Shown here one piece after another: positions 12,854-24,067 of a DNA stretch of 57,765 nt. Numbering within the stretch: the stretch's first letter is position 1; each line of letters begins with the position of its first letter. This DNA is from Octopus bimaculoides. Its lineage: Eukaryota. Under the pieces are notes generated by a model. It did no database searches. It saw only the letters and a program-made list of their open reading frames with translations, and was not told the DNA's origin. Position numbers and translations under genes: made by a program. The DNA lies in NCBI RefSeq assembly GCF_001194135.2, contig NC_068984.1, forward strand, positions 13,540,456-13,598,220. The letters are read 5' to 3'.

Positions 12854-12922
12854 TTCTTCTTCTTCTTCTTCTTCTTCTTCTTCTTCTTCTTCTTCTTCTT
12901 CTTCTTCTTCTTCTTCTTCTTC
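12854..12922. repeat. (TTC)n microsatellite following the minus-strand family C head
   Basis: Directly visible. Confidence 0.95.
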
Positions 12923-13607
12923 CTGTCACTGCTAGTCAAACTCGGAATCTTGGGGTTAGTAGTCGGCGCTATTAACCACTAACCGCGTTCTTAACCATGG
13001 GCAATTATGGAGTGTATTTTAGGTCTGATAAGTCAAATATTTTCCTATCCTTCCTTAATACTGGTTCCCATATACTACTCATATCTGCACTTGGTATTCT
13101 TAGGAGGTTGTTGTGTCCTAGCATATGTGCTGCTTCTTTTAGTTTTCGTATTTTCCAGTGGTGTTCTCTGTCTATTATTTTATCCTCATCTCACAGAGAG
13201 AGGTGATCTCCATTTTTCCAGACATGATCAGCTATACCCGATTTATCAATATCTCCTCACGTTACAGCTTTGTGATGTTCGTCTACCCTTATTTTGAGGG
13301 GGCGACATGTTTCGCTTTTGTATAACCTACTACAGCTGCATGGGATGGAGTATACGCAGTTTTTGATCATATTCTCTTCTATTGGTGGTTTTACTCGAAG
13401 GAGATATTTGCGAAGTGTTGTATTACTCTTGAATGCTCTCCTGATGTCATATGGGTCGCATATCTTTTGTATATTTTCGGAGAGGCCTTTCACATAGGGT
13501 AGACAGACTGTGGACAGTTCATTGGTTTCATCCTCTCTTTTCTTCATAATTGGAGTGGATACTACTACGTCATATGCCCGTGGGCATATGGCGTAGTGGT
13601 TAAGAGC
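12923..13607 (-). mobile_element. Penelope-like element: 5'-truncated GIY-YIG ORF with family C head downstream (same strand) and an inverted head upstream
   Basis: Minus strand reads STVCLPYVKGLSE...NCVYSIPCSCSRLYKSETCRPLKIRVDEH...SGIADHVW...KIRKLKEAAHM, a PLE GIY-YIG signature with premature stops. Head at 12923-12995 (minus); inverted head 13561-13607 (plus) joined by a 40-bp fold-back. Confidence 0.85.
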
Positions 13608-13759
13608 ACACATGTATATAAATACACACANNNNNNNNNNCACACAAACCCATATAAATTGATATACATGCGCGTGAGCGCGCAGACACACACAAACATG
13701 TGTATGCAAACACAGACAAAAACATACACACATAAATTTGTATACACGCGCGCGCGCAT

Positions 13760-13799
<40 letters not shown>

Positions 13800-14855
13800 G
13801 CACACATGCACACACGCACATACACACACGCACACAATATTCACACATAGAAATACACGTCGTGTGTATATATAGTCTTAGATATTTGTACGTATGGCTT
13901 GAATATATTTCTGAGTGGATGTCCGAATATTTATATATTCCACGATGATTCTCTGAGAAACTGCCCCAGTGCCAAATTTATTGCTAAGAACCATTCTTAA
14001 TTCCACTGCTATTAATTCAATCTGCATTTCTGTTTAGAAAGCAATGAAATTTTCAGTTTGCATTTATATTCTTAAATATATACTCTCTCCCTATTTGACT
14101 TGCATCAACCATACTAAAGTGACCTTTTTCAAATTATGGCGTCCATTGTTACATTTGCAACCTGTATACTTTTTTGCAATGGCATCTTACTTATGATAGA
14201 AATAATAGCAGAATTATGTGTTTACAGTAAAATTAAATAGACATGTGTCATGAAATAAATACCTTACTTTTAATTACTATTAGCAGAGAATTTTCAGTCA
14301 TGATTGCATCTATACCACTTCTATGCTTCGTCGTATTGTGAAAATAGTCATTCTAACTACCACTGCAATTATACAGTCGATTAGGCAGCATCATATAACC
14401 TTGTAATAAATGTCAGTCTAGTGTTCAAGTGTAAGTAATTGTATGTAATTATTACATTGCCGCATATATTTGTTTAGTGTGTGTTTGGTAGGAAAGCAAG
14501 AAATTGTGTTCAATTAAATAAGGAAGGAATATCATAGAAGTAGCAGCGTCTATTACTTTCTGTAGTACTTGGTAATTAAATGCAACCGCACTAATTACTA
14601 TTTATCTAATTTCACAAAGCGCACATTTTATGGATTTTTAATTAAAGCTTATACGACTCATTGCATATGTTGGCCGTAGTTCAATATATAGTTCAATAAA
14701 CTGATTGAGAACCAAAATCAGAACAGTTTTGCCTAAGTCTACACTTCAAATAATGCATATTCAGACATTTTATTGAAGATTTTACAAATGTAATGTATTT
14801 AGTCAGGTTCTAATATGAATACTTTTTCATTATAGCTAAGACTTGACGCATATAT

Positions 14856-14920
<65 letters not shown>

Positions 14921-15252
14921 NNNNNNNNNNNNNNNNNNNNNNNNNNNNNNNNNNNNNNNNNNNNNNNNNNNNNNNNNNNNNNNNNNNNNNNNNNNNNNNN
15001 NNNNNNNNNNNTATACATATATATATATATATATATATGCATACGTGCATGTATATATTCATGTATGCTCCTAAGAAACATAACCAACGATGTGGGTCAT
15101 GACTAATCTAGTTTGTATTATTATTATGTCGATTCGGAGCAACATCTCTATTTAAATAACATAAAATTGTCAAATGAACTCGGTGCGTAGTAATCAAATT
15201 CCGTTTATGACTCGTAGCTCTGCAGTGAAGTAAACAGCAAACATTTTGTATG

Positions 15253-15385
15253 TATTATATATTATATGGCACTATATTATATTACACTATATCATATTAT
15301 ATTCTGTTATATTATATATTATATTACATTATATTATATTATTCTGTATCAAAATATGTTATATTATAGTTTGTATTATATATTC
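15253..15385. repeat. Degenerate (ATATT)n tract
   Basis: Directly visible. Confidence 0.75.
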
Positions 15386-15799
15386 CGTAGTGATTAGATT
15401 ATTATGTTTTGTTGTAGGTTTGTACACCATGCACGTGAAACGACATTATCTGCTAAAGAAGTTTAGCAGTTATGCTTCACAACTAAGAAAAGAGAAACCA
15501 AGTTTGTTCCCTATGGAAACCCATGTTTGACAATTGGTTTTATTCATTTTCCTTTAGATATTTCACTGTCTTGTATCCATATGTTGATGGTTGTTGCAAA
15601 GATGACAATATTATGATTCCCATATCAAACTACATAGACATAAGATATATTTAACTCAATACAGATAAGAATTAAATAAATACGAGACAGTTTACAATGG
15701 CAAAGCTTAATTGAAACTCACAACGGAATGCTGCTCTCGTAACTGGAACGGATTTACTCCCTCCGCTATACATACAATCATTCTTAACATCATTCTTAG

Positions 15800-16100
15800 C
15801 ATCTACTTAATTGACGTTGAATCGTTCAGCAGCACACTCCTACAGCTCCCACAAAATAGTTATACTATTCACTCTACCGTCACTAAACGCTGCTCCTTGG
15901 TACTGGCAAGGAACTGTGGTCGTTTCATCTGTCCAGGCAGAGCTGACTTGGATGCTTTCTTTCCTTTCGGTATACATAATTTCATTCTACCTCTGCTTCT
16001 GTCCTGCATAAACCACTATGCTCAATCTTTATTTCTCAGAACAATACACCTCCGAAGTCCAACCTCTCACCAGATCATGGTTTTTTTCCTCCCATTAATA
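15800..16100 (+). mobile_element. Degenerate Jockey/CR1-group LINE 3' fragment
   Basis: Decayed YR-x-x-x-x-RCS-x-x-LA and INHYAQSLFLRT segments, similar in kind to 6690-6970. Confidence 0.5.
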
Positions 16101-16279
16101 GAATTGTAGTTGTTTAAGAAAAAGAATACCAATTCTCACCAGCCTCGAGCCATGACTACAATATCTTTCTGAAGACCAAGCATTTAAAATAGTTAACAAG
16201 CCAGCTACGTATGGAATAATATGTAAATAGATTAATTGAAGAGCATCATATAAGAATCCCAGATACTATAACGTGAAGA

Positions 16280-16440
16280 TACGGCACATTGCGAGAGTGA
16301 TTAGCAAATCGAATAGCTTGCGTCGTAACATTTTGTTTCGCCTCTCTTGAATCCGAATTCAAATCACACAGAGGTCAATATTATCATATCGCTTCGATAT
16401 CGATAACAAAAAGAAGTAATGTCAAGTTCGAGTGAGATGA
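16280..16440 (+). mobile_element. Highly degenerate SINE family B copy
   Basis: Residual GAATTCAAATCACACAGAGGTCAAT...TCGATA core just upstream of a younger copy. Confidence 0.45.
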
Positions 16441-16465
16441 TAGTTGTAATACTCATCTGTTTCAA

Positions 16466-16697
16466 GGCGGCGAGCTGGCAGAAACGTTAGCACGCCGGGC
16501 GAAATGCTTAGCGGTATTTCGTCTGCCGTTACGTTCTGAGTTCAAGTTCCACGGAGGTCGACTTTGCCTTTTATCCTTTCGGGGTCGATTAAATAAGTAC
16601 CAATTACGCACTGGGGTCGATATAATCCACTTAATCCGTTTGTCTGTCCTTGCTTGTCCTCTCTATGCTTAGCCCCTTGTAGGCAGTAAAGACATAT
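16466..16697 (+). mobile_element. SINE family B, full length, tail type ...TTTGTCTGTCCTTG...AGCCCCTTGT
   Basis: Head GGCGGCGAGCTGGCAGAAACGTTAGC; core GAGGTCGACTTTGCCTTT-ATCCTTTCGGGGTCGAT-AAATAAGTACC; closely matches 37015-37247 (minus). Confidence 0.92.
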
Positions 16698-16705
16698 GAA
16701 AAGTT

Positions 16706-16900
16706 GGCAAGCCGGGCGAAATGCTTAGCGGTCTTTCGTCTGCCGCTACGTTCTGAGTTCAAATTCCGCCGAGGTCGACTTTGCCTTTCATCCTTTCGAT
16801 GTCAATAAATTAAGTATCATATGCGTACTAGGCTTAACCTAAGTGACTGGTCCCCGCTCCCAAAATTTCGTGCCTTGGCCTATAGTAAAAAAGAATATTT
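16706..16900 (+). mobile_element. SINE family B, 5'-clipped, tail type ...CCAAAATTTC...GCCTATAGTA
   Basis: Same core as the preceding copy with a different 3' tail. Confidence 0.88.
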
Positions 16901-17122
16901 ATCTGTTTCGGTTCATTTCGTTCTTAGTTCAATTTCTCCCGTTGATAACCAGAGCTATACGTTCGACACGGGTCCAAGTTGCATTACGAAATATTCAACA
17001 GTTGAGGAACAATAGCATCTCTGTGCGAGGAAACTTATGAAAGGGGTGTCGATGTCGTGCTTCTTGACAAATTTAAACTAAAATCCAACAGACACTAGCT
17101 TGTTTATAATCATACTGTAAAC

Positions 17123-17445
17123 CAGAAGTTCTCAAAGTTTTTCGTCCACCCCTTTATGGCCACATAATACCCCCAGCGCCCCACTCCTAATTTTATGTAT
17201 AAATAGGTATTTTATATTTTAGTAATTTATATATACTATGAATCATTTGATATTTAATATAAGATCATAATTGGTACATAATGCGGTAATAATATAAATT
17301 CATAGCGTCCCCCCAATCCGTTGCCTTCCTCCCAGTGCCTCCTTTTTCTCTATCGCTCCCCTGCATCGCCTCCTTAGACACCAGGACCCCGCTGGACCCT
17401 CTCAACGCCCACCGGGGGCGGTAGTTCTTACTTTGAGAACACATG
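17123..17445. mobile_element. hAT (Charlie-like) MITE, 323 bp
   Basis: TIRs CAGAAGTTCTCAAAGT / ACTTTGAGAACACATG (CAGTGGTTCTCAAA type); 8-bp TSD CTGTAAAC (17115-17122) / CTGTAAGC (17446-17453). Confidence 0.85.
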
Positions 17446-17671
17446 CTGTAAGCATTCTAAATTATAGTATTGCTATAAAACAAACAAAAAAATCTTCTTC
17501 TTAATAGCAGTAATACAGAGCAGCTTGTATTTGTGAGCAACAAATAAAAGACACGTGGAGAAAACATTTACAGTTTAATAATCACATTTGAGACACATAA
17601 CATGCAACAGATATATCGTCATGTTTATTATGCGGACAAAAACGTGGGTTAAGTATTTCCATGAAAGTAAC

Positions 17672-17708
<37 letters not shown>

Positions 17709-18584
17709 NNNNNNNNNNNNNNNNNNNNNNNNNNNNNNNNNNNNNNNNNNNNNNNNNNNNNNNNNNNNNNNNNNNNNNNNNNNNNNNNNNNNNNNNNNNN
17801 NNNNNNNNNNNNNNNNNNNNNNNNNNNNNNNNNNNNNNNNNNNNNNNNNNNNNNNNNNNNNNNNNNNNNNNNNNNNNNNNNNNNNNNNNNNNNNNNNNNN
17901 NNNNNNNNNNNNNNNNNNNNNNNNNNNNNNNNNNNNNNNNNNNNNNNNNNNNNNNNNNNNNNNNNNNNNNNNNNNNNNNNNNNNNNNNNNNNNNNNNNNN
18001 NNNNNNNNNNNNNNNNNNNNNNNNNNNNNNNNNNNNNNNNNNNNNNNNNNNNNNNNNNNNNNNNNNNNNNNNNNNNNNNNNNNNNNNNNNNNNNNNNNNN
18101 NNNNNNNNNNNNNNNNNNNNNNNNNNNNNNNNNNNNNNNNNNNNNNNNNNNNNNNNNNNNNNNNNNNNNNNNNNNNNNNNNNNNNNNNNNNNNNNNNNNN
18201 NNNNNNNNNNNNNNNNNNNNNNNNNNNNNNNNNNNNNNNNNNNNNNNNNNNNNNNNNNNNNNCCCCCCCCTCCTGTTCAACCTCCACATCCTCAATGTCA
18301 TCAAAATCAAACAAATCTGAATTTAAATCTATTTACAATCCACTGCACCTCGCACACCCTAAAACGCCCAGCCGTCCATAACGAAATCCATAAAGTATTT
18401 CCCATTCTTTGCGAGCAAGAATATGTACATACCGTGACGGCAACACTCGTTTACTAAAATCCGTTCCAACCATAAAGACCTTGCTACATCCACAAATCAA
18501 AAGCAATTCATAACCCTAAAATCTGCTGCTATTCTCAACACTAGTGATTATTTCTACAGCAAGAGTTATCTCCCCGGGACTTAC

Positions 18585-18830
18585 GTACAACCAAAGACAA
18601 TACTTCCAGTCGTGACCCAAATCTCCATGAAATCACACCGTTGCAGTAGCATCGGTATGGACTTTTCCCAAGGCAGCACCGAAGGAGATCAAAAACAAAG
18701 AATCTATTCTCTTCGGCTGCCACTTTTCAGTTTCTTTAATTTCGTTCCAATCGATTTCGAATCTGGTCTGACGGAGTTTTTTTGTGCTTACTATTGACAT
18801 GATATTCATTTTCGCCATAAAACAATTAAT
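18585..18830 (-). other. Candidate first exon of an unidentified minus-strand host gene
   Basis: CpG-richer unique sequence next to the X-box/CCAAT cluster. Donor AC|GTAAGT at 18585/18584 is followed by G/T-rich intron-like sequence. ATG at 18652 gives MLLQRCDFMEIWVTTGSIVFGC (phase 2). An upstream ATGGCG at 18818 has an alternative donor ATA|GTAAGC near 18791. The 5' boundary is approximate. Confidence 0.4.
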
Positions 18831-18874
18831 AAACAATTAATAACATTTAAAGTTTTCAAATATGGGTTAATTTT

Positions 18875-18945
18875 AGCCAATCGAACGCCACAGAAATATA
18901 AGTTCCTGTTTCCATGGTAACAAGCCAATCATTGGCACTTCCCTG
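18875..18945. promoter_or_regulatory. RFX X-box with three CCAAT (NF-Y) boxes: promoter-like module
   Basis: GTTTCCATGGTAAC (18908-18921) fits the X-box consensus GTTNCCATGGNAAC. AGCCAATC at 18875-18882 and 18923-18930; ATTGGC at 18931-18936; ACTTCC adjacent. Confidence 0.55.
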
Positions 18946-19652
18946 TAAAATCACATGTGTTTATGAAAAACAAAATGCTGTTTACTCTTTTTTTCGAACT
19001 GGACAGCAGTTTGTCTTTTCTCCTCTGAAAACTACAAAATGTGTTGTTTGTTCTTTTTTGGTCATTTTCGCTTATTAAATGCTATAAACACGTGCTATTA
19101 TCACAATATTGACATTCTTGTTTTGTCGATTTACGATTGCAGTCACGCACAAAATGACAGCTTCCAAATTCTGTTTTCTGACACTTTAAACCTCTGTAAC
19201 GTTTTAAAATCATTTTTTCTGCAACAAGTGAATTAGACCCTGAAAAATTTACACCAATACTAAAAATTTAAACATTTTTTAATTTCAAAAAGTGCAGCCA
19301 CACAGAAAAGATCTCTGTAGGACATTCAGTTGGAATACAAACTAATCAAACAAGAGTGCAGGAACTACCTTCATCGCTGGCAATAAGCCATAATTCTCTT
19401 TCACACACTCTTCTGGTCCCAACATTTTTTGCTGAATTCACAAGACATCCGCACGTCCTTCAATTCAGAAGATGAAAGATTCAGTTCATTCCAAATTAGG
19501 TTGCCGACCAATGGGGCAAATTTACCTCTCCCTTTGATATTCATTCTGTTTTTAACACAGCACATCCATATGAGAAATTATCTCAGTTCAAGAGTATAGT
19601 TCAACAGCGAAGTAGATATTTTCCCTGCGTGGTCTTTATAGGAACATATGTA

Positions 19653-19740
<88 letters not shown>

Positions 19741-20485
19741 TTGTATGTATTTTAAGGAAAATTGCTCAGTGATGGTCTTCAAGGAAACACTAATTAACGC
19801 ACTTTTGTCCTAATATTTTGTAGTGGAAATTATAAAATTATAGTTGATTAAATATATAGCAGTAGTGAGATAAACAAATCACTAGTTTAATAATTAAGCC
19901 CCCCCCCCAAAAAAAAAGCAAAAGAGAATAGTCTGAAAAATGCCAAACTGAAGTGGCATTTAAAACAAGGTCACTGTATTTTGTGAACTTAAAACTGTAC
20001 TTCATCATGTTGTCAATTTGTACAATTTCTTCTATTAATTGCTTTTAATCCAATTAATCAACATTATATAAAGACATAACAGATTTGTATCAGACTGCTA
20101 AATTTTTAAAGATAATTTATGTTGTTTTTTTTGTTGTTTATTTACCATTGCGGTTTAAAATACAATATAGATATTCGCATATTTAGATAAGTGGATAGAA
20201 AGAAAAATAGCTATGTGCCAAGGGAGAAGCAAAGTGCAAAATGCAATACAATGCTCAAAATGTCTCTTGAACTATGTATATATGCATATAGTATTTCCTG
20301 TGTGTATATTTAGATGAACGACTGCTAATGGCGAGTTTAGAGTTCGTTATGTATCATGATCCAGACTACTTACACTGAAGTGGTGTGCTTAGACTGCACT
20401 TAGCAGTATTATAGGTTACATTACACATAGCAAATATAGTAAAGTATAAGAACAAGAGAATGCAAATAAACACAATGGCGAAACG

Positions 20486-21210
20486 TACGTGGGGATGAGA
20501 TGATATAAAACACACTTTTTTAGTTAACGCTTTTATTTATAATTAATCTCTAAATCAACTGTGTCTCCTTCAAAACAACTCTCTTGGGAATCTAAGCAGC
20601 GCCCAAGACGCTGTAACCACACTTCACAACACCGCTAGAACACAGAAACCAGAATGGCTGTAAGTTGGTCGGTTACAGACTTTTTCCATGCTTCCCAACG
20701 CCCTAAAATGATGCTCTTTGAGGTGAATTTTCAATCTCGGGAAGAGAAAGTAGTCACACGGACTCAGATCAGGCGAATACAGGGGCTGAGGGACAACCTT
20801 GTTATCGAAAGCGCCGTGTGACAAGGCGCATTGCCGATCTCTTTGATGGTTGCCATCACGCTCACAATCTGTTTTCGTAGCGTTCCAAGAATCTCACGGT
20901 AAAAATGCTGATTGACAGTCTGCCCTTGAGACACAAGTTCTTTATTGACGACTCCATTACTCGTGTAAATGAATATGGTTTTAATTTTCTATTTGCTCTT
21001 TCTCAAGTTTTTGGCCGCGGTGAGTTTGCAACCTGCTACTCCTGACTTCGGCGTTTTCTTTCTGGACCGCACTCAAACATCCGTGATTCATCACACCTAA
21101 CGACACTTGTAAGAAACACCTCTGTCAATTTCATTCCGTTCCAAGAGATCGCAGCATACTTCCTTCGTGTTGTCTTTTTGCTCAGGAGTGAGACTTTTGG
21201 GGGACAAATT
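20486..21210 (-). mobile_element. Mariner (D,D34D-type) transposon 3' part, decayed
   Basis: KFVP..LTPEQKDN, V-V-R-CDES-x-MFE (first catalytic D) and PQPLYSPDLSPCDYFLFPRLK motifs. The 5' end is cut by (TA)n and a gap. Confidence 0.85.
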
Positions 21211-21742
21211 TTATATATATATATATATATATATATNNNNNNNNNNNNNNNNNNNNNNNNNNNNNNNNNNNNNNNNNNNNNNNNNNNNNNNNNNNNNNNN
21301 NNNNNNNNNNNNNNNNNNNNNNNNNNNNNNNNNNNNNNNNNNNNNNNNNNNNNNNNNNNNNNNNNNNNNNNNNNNNNNNNNNNNNNNNNNNNNNNNNNNN
21401 NNNNNNNNNNNNNNNNNNNNNNNNNNNNNNNNNNNNNNNNNNNNNNNNNNNNNNNNNNNNNNNNNNNNNNNNNNNNNNNNNNNNNNNNNNNNNNNNNNNN
21501 NNNNNNNNNNNNNNNNNNNNNNNNNNNNNNNNNNNNNNNNNNNNNNNNNNNNNNNNNNNNNNNNNNNNNNNNNNNNNNNNNNNNNNNNNNNNNNNNNNNN
21601 NNNNNNNNNNNNNNNNNNNNNNNNNNNNNNNNNNNNNNNNNNNNNNNNNNNNNNNNNNNNNNNNNNNNNNNNNNNNNNNNNNNNNNNNNNNNNNNNNNNN
21701 NNNNNNNNNNNNNNNNNNNNNNNNNNNNNNNNNNNNNNNNNN

Positions 21743-21802
<60 letters not shown>

Positions 21803-22435
21803 CGAACATGATTGATATTACGCATAAGGATTTGATCTGAAAATGCTAAAATGCCATGTTTTGTTCCAACAGTGAACACGGCAACACGATTTGATCCTAC
21901 CAATTTCAAATAAGAGTTTGAAATAATAAACAAAATGAAAGCAATATTTCCAGTCTTATATTCCCCCGTTATTTTATTTGACGTGACTGGGAGAAGCATT
22001 TACCTATCGATTAATCATTTTAGCATCAAACAACTACATTGTGTGGGCAGTGAAAGGAGGGGAGAGACTGCTTATCCAGACGAATTAGACATAATGTCAT
22101 GTAATTAAACCTTTTGTAATTATCTTTATAGTGTGATTAGTCAACTTCATTTAACTCTACTGATTTGATAGAGTTGTAAAATGAATTTAACTTAGTAGTT
22201 ATAAATTTGAAAAAGATAGCGTTCATTATAGACTTTGAAAATATATATTATACAAACCTATACAATATCATCTACGTTTGCAGTTCAATACATTTGAGAC
22301 ACAAAAACTGCAACATCATTTATCGTGTTTATTATGTCGTCTAGAACTGGGTTTAGTAAGTAATATTGTCTGTGAAATTAATCATATTGTCATTATGGTA
22401 ATTAAAGTATCAATTGCAATTGAAGGCTTCAAATA

Positions 22436-22449
22436 TATTGTTATTATTA

Positions 22450-22517
<68 letters not shown>
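22436..22517. repeat. (TTA)n microsatellite at LINE 3' end
   Basis: Directly visible. Confidence 0.95.
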
Positions 22518-22520
<3 letters not shown>

Positions 22521-23330
22521 TGGTCTTATTTTAATCACGTGCTTTCGTTGCACTACCGAGGGCAGCAGTGTGTGCTTTGGGTGTGTTGTAGTTTATTGTG
22601 ATGCTATTATATTTACTGTATTGATGGTGTTTTACGTAGGATGTGTGCGGTGCCTAGTAGTGCTATCTTCTTCTGTATGTCATATGTACTTGGTAGTCTT
22701 GGTGTTTTTGTTATGTATTTGTCTGAATACTTTTTTATCATACCTAATGCGCCCACTATGATAGGAATTGTTTCTGTTTTTAGACTCCACATTCGAGTTA
22801 CCTCTATTTTCAGATCCTTGTATTTTGGTACATCGATTAGAAAGTACTTTTGTTCTTGGTTATCTTTAACAACTTTATCCGGCCTATTGGCCTTAATTTC
22901 TCTATCTGTGTGTATTGGCATGCTTCATAGTATAGTTGCCTTTTCATTTTTTGTGACCTTTTCGGGTGTGCGCCTATACCATCTTTTTCTTTCTGTTGGT
23001 ATAGCTTCCAGCGCATATAGGTCCTAATTCTGTCGTGTCTGTGAATATATTCCTTCTTAGCTGGGACTTGACAGTCAGTGACAATATCATTTATTATTTC
23101 TTCTCCATCTCCACATATTCTACAGTTTCTTGTATTTGTTTTCATTACATGCTTTTGGTAATATCTGGAGGGAAGGTTTTGATTTTGTGTTGTTATTAAA
23201 AATCCTTGAGACTTTGTTTTGAGTCCTGAGCTCCTCAGCCATTGTTGGGATTGTGCTTTGTCTGTTTTTTCCTGTTTAGTTTAACTCTGCCAGTTCTTAG
23301 GCCAACAGGCTTTGTGGACTGACGATGCGC
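22518..23330 (-). mobile_element. R4/Dong-type RLE LINE 3' fragment (same subfamily as 1-274)
   Basis: WLRSSG; CCHC knuckle CRICGDGEEIINDIVTDC...RHDRI; IHTDREIKANRPD (RLE); PIIVGALG; LLGTAHILRK; frameshifted. The 3' end is ...ACTG|AATAAT. Confidence 0.9.
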
Positions 23331-23454
23331 TATAAAGCTAAACCCTTTATTGGCGGGTAACGCAAAGTAACCTCATAACTCGGCCTCCCCCATTAAAATA
23401 TAAACTGCTCTACATCTTAGAGTGAGCTTCTTCTCTGGATTTATGTTTTCTACA

Positions 23455-23490
<36 letters not shown>

Positions 23491-24067
23491 CAAAATACGA
23501 AACATGCAAGCTGAAATTCACTAGTAAATTAATATATAAATGTTTAAGTGGCGAAAATGCTAACTACTAAGTTCTAAACTAAGAATGAGATTTCGTTGTG
23601 TCATTCACTTCATTTAGTCTAAATATGGCATGACACCTTATTCAATTTTGAATCTGAAATTCCATAAGGATAAGAACCTAATTAGCAAATATCTATCCTC
23701 GAAATTGACGTCTTATGGACATATTTAGCGCACGACTCTATTTCAGCTTATTTCAGTCGTAGCCTCTGCAGTTTTCATTTCAATAACTGTGAAAAATAAA
23801 CTCTTGAACTAAAATATACGATTTTGAACTAAATCTTTTAATACGTCCTCGCGTATTGCGGCTGTATTCCAATGCTTTTCATTGATACAGTGGCGAGAAC
23901 TTTCATCTTTTCAATTAATTTTGAAAGACGTTTCAAAAGAGTTCGATAATATGTGACACGCTGCCAATTTTCACAGCTCACTGGTCACTTGTCTCCGTTT
24001 GACTCTATTACTAATCTGTGCTCATTGTGCGATGCAATTCATATTAACAGACTAAATTACCCATAAA

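Noticed and set aside
8250-13590. Flip/flop inversion of the palindrome loop (TACG versus CGTG)
   Set aside because: CpG decay from an ancestral CGCG explains both loops without inversion.
18270-18830. Penelope ORF fragment on the plus strand
   Set aside because: No GIY-YIG or RT motif; the minus-strand donor and adjacent promoter motifs explain the region better.
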